A DNA stretch of 40,974 nt from Nemertoderma westbladi (taxonomy: Eukaryota; Animalia; Xenacoelomorpha), in NCBI GenBank assembly GCA_032718475.1, contig JAUCBJ010004811.1, forward strand, positions 1 through 40,974. The letters are read 5' to 3'. Position numbers and translations under genes: made by a program. The notes beneath the pieces were generated by a model. It saw nothing but the letters and a program-made list of their open reading frames with translations, was not told the DNA's origin and ran no database searches. Below are positions 22,335 through 33,226 of the stretch, one piece after another; within the stretch, counting starts at the first letter, position 1; each line of letters opens with the position of its first letter.

Positions 22335-24604
22335 AGTGTGGGGGGCGAGCGTGGAGGAGGATGAGTCCCAAAGGGACTGGTGAGAGAGGAAGGGACAGCA
22401 AAGGTCAGTGAGGAAAATTTGAGGAAAATTGTGTGAGGAGTGAGGGCAACGATCTCAAACAGAGACTCCAGATACCTTGGTACAACATAGCTCTCAGATG
22501 TACCAAGGATGGGTAGTGATAACAGACCCATGGGGACCGGACTGGAAAGCCGACCCCGAGAAGAAAATTCCACCCCACATCCAATATTAGATTGGACTCC
22601 AGCAGAATTGAAGCGCACTTAAGGTTGATGCTATCTTCTCACCGGGAAGATAGCATTGGGGGGAGTGTAAGCGGATTCAATTCCCTACAATACCCACCGA
22701 AAACTGGACTAGTGGCATTTTACCAATATAGTTGGCGATGTGAGATTACACTGCTCCGTGGAAATCAGAATGGGTTCCGTAAAGGTCGTGGGACCATGGA
22801 ACCCATTTTGGCACTTAGAAGGATAATTGAAGAGTTATCAAAAAAGAAAGCTGTTATCTTTGTTAACTTCTTCAAGGCCTTTGATTCAGTCCCCGCTCAC
22901 GTATATTCAGCATACTTTCATTATATGGGATTCCTGATAAAATTATTGCAGCAATCAGATCAGTATACGACGGTTTGACAACATTTGTGTCTACTGTTGA
23001 TGGTGACACAGAACCATTTGAAGTGTTATGGGGCGTCCTCCAGGGAGACACACTTGCACCATTCTTGTTCATTATTGTGGTTGACTATGTTCTACGCAAG
23101 TCCTTAGATCATCATAATGATGATGGGGTGATGATAACTCCACCTACTGGCTCCAGAAGTCGAGGAAATCCTGCCAAGTACCTAACTGATCTAGACTTTG
23201 CTGATGACTTAGGAGTACTCTCAGAATCACTAGAGGGAGCCCAACGGCTCCTCAGCTCATTAGAACATGCTGCTTCTAGTGTTGGTCTTTTTGTTAACTC
23301 CAGAAAGACCAAAATTTTGACAGTTAACTTTGAAAGTTCTCAGCAAGTCTCTGATCGGATGAGCTGAGCATAAGCTCAAAGGATGGTATGCTTGAGCATG
23401 TGGATGACTTCTGTTACCTGGGATCATGGATCCGGAAGTCAGGTGAGGACCTTCGAATACGTAAGGGAAAGGCATGGGCAGCCTTGAATAGGCTTTCCAG
23501 GATTTGGAAGTAACCGAGAATTAATCGGAAACTTAAGGTGCGATTATTTAGAGCAGCAGTAGTTCCAGTACTCCTCTATGCTGGGCTCTAACTGCTGAGG
23601 ATACCAAATCTCTGGATGGCACATTCACAAGAATGCTGCGCCGGATTCATTGTGTCAAGTACAATGCGCACATCTCCAACCAGACACTATATAACATTGG
23701 AGGTGTCTCATTGGTTCCCCCAAGCTTGACACTAGAACAAAATCGCCTCCGCTTTGCAGGACATTGCTTTCGCCGTAAGGACCAGCCAGTGCATAATCTT
23801 GTACTTTGGCAGCCTCATGGAGTGAATAAGCATGGTGGACAGCCCATGACTTTCTTGAGACGCATCTTAAAGGACACTGGTCTTGAAGATGCGGATGATC
23901 TAGCAAATGTCATGAGTGATAGGGAGTTGTGGCGGCGCAATTTTGTCGACAAGCCGGCACAGCATTCTTAGAAATGCAGCTGCAATGCAGCATGCCGATA
24001 CTAGTAATAGTAGTAGAGATTACCAATAAAAATATCACCTCATAACCAACTGGGGGGGGGGGGGCGATACACGCCGTAAGCCACAGAGAGAGGTGAGAGG
24101 TCAAACCACCTCAGAGGGAGAAACCAGCTAGTGAGGCTAGCACCAGGGGGAAACACCAACAGGGAGTGGCGAAGTGACAATTAGTATATAAGCCAATAGC
24201 GGCCAGGGAAGCATGTTGGGGAGGACAAGAACGCATCCATTGGGTATTAGAGGCCGCCCAGTAGTGTAGGGCTGAAACCAATATGTGTCAATGGTATAAC
24301 TCTTGTAATCACTCATTATTAGTTCAGTTGAGTTAGTTGATTCCGTTACGGTTGTGAGACCGGAATAGTTTTGATCGTCGTCGTTATTAGATCATTACTA
24401 TATCATTGTTACTGTTATTGTGCACCGCATATCATCACATTCAGACTGTGCTATTATTAACTGCTGTGATTAACAACACTGAGAAACTTAACTCTTATTT
24501 ACAACGGCCTTCGGCCTAACATACCCAACAGCTTACGAACGCGACGACGCTTACAACCTTCACCGGTCGGGACTGAGACTGTCAACTCCACCAGTCCCGT
24601 CACA
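22335..24604 (+). mobile_element. LTR retrotransposon 3' end: PPT and ~665-bp LTR (22666-24604) split by an RTE insertion
   Basis: GGGGGGAG then TGTAAGCGG...CCCGTCACA (TG...CA); TATATAA near 24186; homologous to 13296-14197. Confidence 0.75.
22750..24015 (+). mobile_element. 5'-truncated RTE-type LINE with (TAG)n tail and 8-bp TSD GAGATTAC
   Basis: QNGFRKGRGT, GVLQGDTLAPFLF, DLDFADD, RLRFAGH with frameshifts/stops; GAGATTAC at 22742-22749 and 24016-24023. Confidence 0.93.
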
Positions 24605-25002
24605 ATGAGTGTCAGTGAGGTCTAACTGTCACCGAGAGGAGCACGACCTTACTACTCATGTACCATACAATAGTCGCCTATGTAAATATGGTGACCTTCA
24701 GAAGGGCCCGTAGCCAGGATTTATTAGTTGGGTAGGCGAGGTAATATCAGGGTAGGCAGGCGCATATGCTAATTTGGATAAATTATATAATAGATTTAAT
24801 TGTATACTGGAATAAACTGTATATTGGTAAAAAGCAAAACAAGCAAAAGGTCTACATGGAGTTCCGCTATCAGTTCATCATTTGTATACAAAGACAACAT
24901 AAACAAGCGCGAAATCGCGCAGTTCCGCGTCTACCAGTCTAATAACGCATTAACTGTCTCCTTGAATGGCCTACTACCAATCTTACTACCAAAAATATTC
25001 AC

Positions 25003-25070
25003 CGGAAACTGCGATTGAACTCGGCCCAGAGATTCCAAGTCCAACGCTCTACCAACTTCGCCACTACTGC
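25003..25070 (-). mobile_element. tRNA-derived SINE head
   Basis: Minus strand TGGCGAAGTTGG-TAGAGCG (A box/D arm) and GAGTTCAATC (B box); no proper acceptor stem. Confidence 0.6.
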
Positions 25071-25292
25071 GCCGTATGAAGCTAAAAGTATCAAAACTAA
25101 ACTTTTATAAAACCAAAGCTGGAAATTAACATCAAGAACACCATAACACCAACAGCGAAGTGAATACTAAGAGGTCTTTCAAAGTGGACATATAAAAAGG
25201 AGGGTGAGAGTTGCAGATAAACATCCCTTTTATTGGTAATACACAACACACGAAACGGGTACCTACAGCAGCAACATCATAAGCAGATTCTA

Positions 25293-26308
25293 CAGTCCCG
25301 CTCTCAAAAAGCATTCCTTTGATCAAACATTGATCAAACTTTGATCAAACATTGATCAAAGTTTGATCAAATATTGAAATGTATCAGGCTTATAAATCCT
25401 GCCATTGAGTTCTACCAAAGGCGCTGCACTTCAAAGTCTAGATTCCCACAGAGCTGTGTGTCAATCAAGCAGCCCTAACTCTCCCTCTCTCTCTCTGCTC
25501 TCTGTGTGTGTAATGCTCCATGTGCTCTGTAGGATGTCTGCAGAGCACATAGGACACCACTTCCATATCATACCATAGGTTTGTAAGCTATAGCCGTTAT
25601 TTAAACCAGTTAAAGCCTAGGTTATAATAATTTACAGCGATTATCAGAAAATAACAGCCGCAATTGAATCTCCACTTTCCATGGATTGAATCTCCATGGA
25701 TTGTCGAATTTACACAATTACTGTATAAGCAAATGCAATGCAACGGCAGCCATCGCGCTGCTACGTCAATGGAGGTCTTTGAACTTGATTCTGATTTAAG
25801 GAACATTGAAACTAATTTCTAATATAACAATAATTTAAAAATATTCCAAAGGATGTTTTTCTGAACTAGTTGTTAGTGAAATAATAGGCCCTGCCCTACA
25901 AGAACAAGACTCCGTCTGGGACACTACCACAACACTGCCATGTAAATCCAATCGCGGTCCATCCACAAAGTCAAGCAAGCTCCATCCACTGCCCTGTCAA
26001 TCACATAGCGACTTGGCCATTAACAAAAGCCAGTTCTCGGCGGGAATCTGAGTTCAAAGGCTTGCCGCAGTTGAGAGATGTAAACTGTTACCTTGAAATC
26101 ATTTCAATGTCATTTCAATATGAGACAGAAAGTCTGGAATTTCGGTGTGTCGATTTCAAGGTCATTTCAATATGCCATCAATGTCATTTCAATGTCAATG
26201 CTACTTTCAATGATATTCTATGAACACATTTTTATCAAACTTTGATCAATGTTTGATCAAAGTTTGATCAATGTTTGATCAAAGGAATGCTTTTTGAGAG
26301 CGGGACTG
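25293..26308. mobile_element. Non-autonomous DNA transposon (MITE), 1016 bp, 75-bp TIRs, TA target duplication
   Basis: 25293-25367 is the reverse complement of 26234-26308; TA on both sides; TIRs contain 11-bp TTGATCAA repeats; no transposase. Confidence 0.93.
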
Positions 26309-27173
26309 TATTCTGAGCAAAATACTGTATGTAGGCCTACCATTACAGGATGGTTGGGTGCAACCACGCGAGGATCTACAGGCTATGATTGAAACACATG
26401 TTTTTTGCGAATGCACTTTGACATTGAGTCTCAGAATGCGCCACACCTCCATAGACTAACGCACTGTGAATTATTCTCAATTGGTACAACAAAGTTTGTG
26501 CCGAGACGTCATAAATAAACAACATATTGTGTATTTATATAAATCATGATATAGTGTTACATATTTTTAGATAATTATTGACCTCTTTATTTCCATAAGT
26601 ATTCAGCAGCCTTGTATATTTACTTTATAATAAACCAAACATTTACAATAAACCAACTAAATAAATAACTTAACTAACTACTTAATTCCCAGCCACCATC
26701 AACATTATACGGTATCATAGATATAGGCATATCTACTGGTACGTTACCCAACAACCATTAAATACTGTATAACATATTTGTTATAGATATAGTTCGGTCG
26801 GTAATTGAGATGGTTCTTCTTCACAACACCTAATTTAACCTGCAAATTAAATAGAAATGTTTAAAGTGATAATTTATTAAAAACATTTTTCAATAACATT
26901 TAACTTATTAAATAATTTTTAACTATTCATATATTATTGGGTAATTGAAACAGATTACAGTATATTAATTAGAATATATTTATCACAAACTGTTCTATTT
27001 TACATTTCCTACATACTGTACTGCGGTACTCCGGTACCGATTGCGATAAGGTTACAATCTGTCAGTAATTAGGAAATTAAATTAAAATATAATTAAATAT
27101 AACAGCTAGTTAGTTGCCAACATTACACCATTCCATTTATTTAGTAATAATTTTTATAAAACTCACAGTTTTG

Positions 27174-28476
27174 CTAAATCCATATTTTCATTTCAACTCG
27201 ATTAGCCGGCTGTCCACCAGTAAACGTACCCCACATAGACCCTTTCCAAAGCCCTTCTTCATTGTATCTTCCATTCAAGTTACATAATGGGTTCTTAAAA
27301 TATACCCCGTTGTACCACCACGCTCCTGTATATTCTAAAGCCCAGTTCCTGGTCGGATCGCCGTCATTATCGTGGTCCTTGGTAGAGAATTTCCTACCGT
27401 TGTGTGCTAGCAATGAGTTACCAGCAGTACCATGGTAACCGGATACATGTAGGGTGTAATTAGTTGCAGCTGATCCGATAGAGAAGTTGTTGTATTCCGC
27501 GTATCGGTGTTCGTTGTTGTAATTCTTAGTGTTTTGATTAGTCCAAAAATCATTGGGATCTTCAAACCCCTCTCCAGTGAACCACAAATCGACTCTCAAC
27601 TTCACCCCGCCGTGACTCAGCTTGTGGATCTTCTCCAACCCCAACCAAAAGTTGGTATTCGGGTCGCCAAATCCTTCAACATATTCATCCCAGTTACGGA
27701 AAAAGTCAACATTTTTGTCGACTCTTTGTTGAATCTTCAACCCCTGTACCGGTTCTATCAGATGGCCGTATATATTGTTTAACATAATTTGAGCGGTAGC
27801 CAGATCAACTTCTTCTTGGTCATTATCCTAAAACAATAATTATTGCGTAACTTGAGATTATTTATATATTCATTCGAAAATATTTTGGTTTTCATCATAA
27901 TTAGATAAAAATACGAAGCAATTTAGCAAAGGTAGTAAGTGAAACAATTATTTAACAAAGGCTTTGGTGGAGCAAGTGGGGGTCTTTTGGTGGTAGTTAG
28001 GTCTACATATTCATTTATCTTTGGTGAAATAAGTTGAATGGCTTCGGCGGAGGAAACTATATTATTTAAAAAAAGTGACTTTTATATTATTATTATTATT
28101 ATCGTGTAATTTTATGAACTTTGTAGTTTGAACAGTTTAACTTTATTGATAGGATACGGATTTCGGAGCGGATTTGAGACACAGAGAGGTTACAGAAGTC
28201 AAATGTGCAAACAGCCAAACGGAATCTTGATTTGAACCAATCTTACTTACGCGATAGGCACGCGATAAGCAGGTTTAAACTTAAACAGCAAAACTTAGTT
28301 GTGTTCCTGTACTTATTAGAACTTCAGTGGCCCTACAAACACATTGATTCTACATTAAATAACAAACTTACATTGTCTCTTTCAACAAATTCGGTTAAGT
28401 TCCCATGGCTCTCTCCCAAACACTCCACAGCTAAAAGAGCTGTCAGAGTTAAAAGTAGAAGAGATTCCTTGAACAT
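27174..28476 (-). CDS. Secreted fibrinogen C-terminal domain (FReD) protein, 252 aa; exons 28476-28372 and 27827-27174
   Basis: Signal peptide MFKESLLLLTLTALLAVECLG; phase-0 GTAAGT donor at 28371 and TTTTAG acceptor at 27828 keep the frame; FReD motifs IQQRVD, DFFRNWDEYVEGFG, FWLGLEKIH, GTAGNSL, KFSTKDHDND, GAWWY, NLNG, EMKI. Confidence 0.88.
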
Positions 28477-28990
28477 TTTAGGTAACCGAATACGAAATTG
28501 AAATTGAATACAAACTAAAATACAATATTCTGCGAATGAATATAACGACACTAACACGCCATACTTAAACAATATAAAACGCAACCTAATAAACATTAAA
28601 TACTTACTGCTGCTTAGTGGAAGCAAAGTAGCGCAATGTTAGTAAATGGGGCAGTTTAGATGAATAAATAATTGGTGTGTTTTATGAAATAAAGTAACAG
28701 ACTGATAGACCAACACAAACTCTCCTACTAAAAGGTGCCTTGGATACCAGCCGTTACTTTTACCAATATTGGTTTTGATGAACTAGCAAAGCCAAAGAGA
28801 AATAATTTATATGAAGAAATTGTTAGAATTCCTATTTGAAGTAGTCATGCTGTATAGCTGCATAATAGAAGGCAATATGACTAATACATTGCTTTGGAGT
28901 TTATACTGTATGAATCCATCTGGGTAGGTAATCAACCCGATTGCAGCAAATTTTCTCATTCATTGTATATTTATTATTATAACTTTATCT

Positions 28991-30155
28991 GCAATATCTG
29001 CTATTGTTCTTTACCAGAACAATATTAAACTGCATTTAGGGCCTACACTGCAATACAGACTATATATCCGTTATTGTTCGCGCTTTCAGACCTTTGGCAG
29101 TTTAACCCGCCAAATTAGGATGTCTTCTAGATAATAAATCGCTTTTAGCCTCTGACAAGTATTTGATTCACTACACTAGTTGAAACCAATCTGTGCGCGA
29201 TCATTCACCCGTTGGATATACCCGGGAGATTGATTTCGACAGCTTAATCGTATTGCTATGTAAGCCTAATGTATTATTCGACTGACAGTATTATATAATC
29301 TCTGACAATGTTATTCACCTTCGGGGAATATTAACAGTTCCTTTGGACGTGGCGCTCTATCTATATAAACAGAGTTATGACTTAAACTACTCACAACGAT
29401 ATGGCTTAGTTATAATTCACATATATGGCGCATTCTTTAGGAAATGCTTCGTTATCAGTCTCACTCATACACAATGCTGCACAATACTGCACACTGATCT
29501 GCCGATCTTCACTGATTTTAGTCACATATAAAAGGAACGCAGACCGACTCATGTAGGGTCTATCAAATAACATTAGATTCACTTCAAACCACTTTAACAT
29601 AAGTCACAATCGTTATATGTAACCTTTCTCTCTTACCTTCGGTATATCAAGAATATTGGGTTTTCGGGGTTATTTCTCGTTATTCCAATATAATATTTAT
29701 CACCATATAATGAATAATCGACAGTAAATAGCAGTATAACAATATAAAGGTATGTACAACAAGATATATGCATTGCCCAGTTGAGTTAGGTTAGTAGGTA
29801 AGTATTGAGTTGCACCGTGTGTGGGCCAGATAACGGATAAATTTCTGCACAAGAGCCGCAAAAACGCTCTGATTGGTTGACTGAACTACGAGAGAACAAA
29901 GAAACAAAGAAATGTCGACGTGGCACTATCAGCTGTTAGCCGTCGTCATGGTAGCGACACTGTTTTCAAGAGTATCGAGCTTATTGCGTCCCGAAATTGC
30001 GGATTATGTCCTCTAAAGTACAAATACAGAAGAAATGGCTTTTATGTCCTCTAAAACACCAGTACAGTACGGACACGGCCTTTTTATGCCCAGTAAACCA
30101 ACTACAGAGTACTTTAAGGGGAAAATAACCGGCTAATTACGCAAAAGCTTTTACA
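28991..30155 (-). repeat. 3' LTR-containing direct repeat (1165 bp)
   Basis: Matches 38952-40245 apart from about four substitutions seen by eye and a 129-bp deletion near 29839. Confidence 0.93.
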
Positions 30156-30181
30156 CCGCTCCCAGAAAATGGGATTTAAGT

Positions 30182-31563
30182 CTATAAAATATAACAAATC
30201 ACAGTTTCTAAAATATAAAGATACTCTAAACAGTTAGTCTTTCTTACACAGACGGCGTTTACGCAGTTTTTGAGGCTAGCAAGAGTCCCTTTCTCTTTGG
30301 GGCGAGCCACTTTACTAGGAGGGCTATAAATCCTGGGTGAAGGGTGCAATATGATTGCATCAGAAGGTGTAGGATTATTGTCGGGTATCCGCCGTTTCGA
30401 TATGCTTCTCCTCGAGCTGATTTTCCTCCGCTCGTAGCTGGATACGTTCATCCAAAAACTCTCGCAGAGAATGGGGTTGTCTAAGTTCGATATCTTCTTA
30501 GAGATTCTGGATTTCACAATCGAACTGAGATAAAGACAATTCGTTTATCGCTTGGACTTACTGTTACAACTTACGTTTATCTGAACAAACGCAGGTTTCT
30601 TTTTTGATCTTTATAGAATAGCGTTTAACTCGTTTCGTACAACGCTCTCCTTCACCTTGATGAAGGGTTGTATCGCGTTAAACGGGAACGACCATACGGT
30701 TGGATAGTGATATTAGGTGTCCGCGTCACAATCCGGCTAGGTAAGATGGGCGGCTAGCTAGAAATCACTGTCGGAGTGTTACTGATTAATTGTTAGGGTA
30801 GCACTAGATCTTTGAACAGTGAATACAGTCCGCGAGGATCCGCGACACCACCAGGATCGCAGGTCTGAGGTCCAACTAAGGAATGAGGAGGTTTGACCGA
30901 GTATTCCGGGACTCTGATCATAGGTTTACTCCAGGATCGTTCGAGCCGAGTGAGCATAGGTGATACGTCAAACAAGTTTCGCTCGAAACTCCAGTAAATA
31001 TAACGAGCACAACTGTGTTTAATACAACGTTTCCGTGGATGTTTATGTCTTTCCGTTTATTGGCTGGGTCTAGGGCATTTATCGTAATAATACCAAAGAC
31101 GCACGTCTGGTAGGGGAAACGCGGATGATATTTATTTGTTGTTACAATGCTTCTATCAAGAATTCCAAATATATGTTGGAGTTACCGCGTTTATTTGTTT
31201 CTTTAATGTCTTTTCTTTCGAGTCGATTTCGAATAGGATTTTCGCATTAGAATTTTGGTTTATCGTTTCGACTCCTCTGGGTATGATATGTTCGACATAG
31301 TCCGTATCGTGTAAATCGATAGAATGATCAGTAGTTAAGAAGCCCATATACGTACCATTACGCTGCGTATATCGAGCAGTGAATTTTCTATAGTCCAACT
31401 CGCGCGCGAGCTGCTCTTGGGACATTGGCGGTTCGATATAACGACCATCGTCCTCCGCAGCAGTTGGACTAACGTCGCCGCGTATTAAGCTATCAACAAA
31501 CGCTTGTAAAAGTAGAGTATATCGCTCCCCGATACCAAGACCATCTTCTATCAACTCCGTCAT
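30182..31563 (-). pseudogene. Decayed extra ORF (~450 codons) in the env position of the BEL/Pao element
   Basis: Same-strand segments 31563-31156, ~31100-30793 and ~30700-30182 separated by stops/frameshifts; ends just before the PPT; no family recognised. Confidence 0.5.
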
Positions 31564-32394
31564 ATCTGCTATATATGAGTTTATCCATATTATAATGAGT
31601 TTATATTTAGGCGAGCGGGCGTCGCTGCCTACCCCAATCAGCCCCCGGACAGTGCGAGATCCTCAGCGCCGATGTGTCGTCGCCGCTGTACTTTCGCCAA
31701 CGACGTAGCCGCACAACGGCAACGACAACCGGCACAAGTCACTCGACTGTCCATCCCAAAGGCTTAGATACACCTCAGGTTCTTACTGGAGAGTTAGGGT
31801 TACTTTCACAATTGCGACTCGCTACTGTAAACACACCTTAGTAGTAACATTCGCCTATAAACTCACAAATACCACACACACAACTTGTCACAAATTACAC
31901 ACACTCGGGTCACTTGTCCGTTAGTCAGTGCCTTCCAGAATGTCACGTTATTATTATGTATCCTTGGATACTAGCAGTGCACTGTTGATTCCCTATGTTA
32001 TTCAATGGGACAAGCTGTCTATTGTTCTTTTAACTCAATTCTAATTCTAGCGTGGTTGTTGCTATGGTGACATTATGCAAAGCTAGCGGTAGAATTAGGG
32101 TAATTCCAATGCATACAGATCTGGGATGTTATTTAATAGTAATTCTTTAATGGTCAATGTCCTGTTTTATACATGGCTTTATGAATTTTATCGGCTATTG
32201 ACTATGTTTGGGAGACTTTCGCACACTCATACGCATAATAAGATAAATCTCCGCTCCCTTGATCTATTAATTAATGGAATTTTGGGGAATGTTATAAATT
32301 GCGTAAAAATGGCAATTTATTAAATTCATTAAAAGGCATGAATTTAAATTTATTCCCTGAAATTTTATTATTTGATAATTAAATTGACATATTT

Positions 32395-32703
32395 TGATTC
32401 TAGAACATGTCTGGGGACACAAGATCCTTAATTCTATGAAAATTGTCTTTTTAAGAATATCGGTAAATGCTACGATATCTTAATTGACTAGAATTGTTGA
32501 AGGATCTGAATTTTACAGATTTTGACTTATTAGATTTGCAAATATTAAATAATTAATATTTGAGATGAGCACCGATTTATTCCAGAACTTGTCTGGTGAC
32601 GTTAACCACTGATTCTAGAATTTTGTCTTTCAAGTATATCGGTGGGTGCCGCGATATCTTAATCGACTAGAATTACAGATGGTCAAAGGGTTTAACAGAT
32701 TTA
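32395..32703. repeat. Two diverged ~125-bp units at ~182-bp spacing in the BEL/Pao 3' non-coding region
   Basis: TTC-AGAAC-TGTCTGG...ATATCGGT...CGATATCTTAAT-GACTAGAATT...ACAGATTT twice. Confidence 0.75.
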
Positions 32704-33226
32704 TTTTGCGTTATACGCTACTGTTAAAGGGACATCACGCTACTATATGTATTATTTAATATACGGTATGAGAGCAATATCGCACGAAGCAATGTCAGTG
32801 TGAAGAGGCAAGTCGTTTCCAAGGTCTACCCAGAGCTTGGTTTAGCCGAGACACGAGGATCTGAACTTTGCATTCCTAATACTCTGCCTACCAATAATAC
32901 TTGAATATAGTAGTGGCTTTATTGTACTTTAATAAGTACGGACATTTCATCTTACTGTAGTCACGTATTTATAATATAATACGGACAGTAAGGAAAGAGA
33001 AAAAATAATTATTTCTTCGCCGTCGCACTAAATATATATTATAAGTAATTACGTACGCAATAAACACGAATATATTGCACTATTCTACTAAATAATCGCT
33101 AAATAATATTCTACTAAATAAAATTAAATAAAACGATTATAATAAAATTACATAGTAATACATACATAAATATAAAATAATAAAATAATATAAAATAATA
33201 GAGTCACACACCCACTCCATATGTTG

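Noticed and set aside
11853-24015. One RTE split by a 9.4-kb insertion (endonuclease at 12 kb, RT at 23 kb)
   Set aside because: The 22750-24015 copy has its own 8-bp TSD and sits inside an LTR, so it is an independent 5'-truncated insertion
28250-28332. Extra FReD exon after a 39-nt intron
   Set aside because: Splicing there gives GGC CAC TGA, an immediate stop; direct splicing to 27827 keeps the frame
29343-29600. Short ORFs repeated identically at 39304-39561
   Set aside because: Identity simply reflects the duplicated LTR; no coding signature
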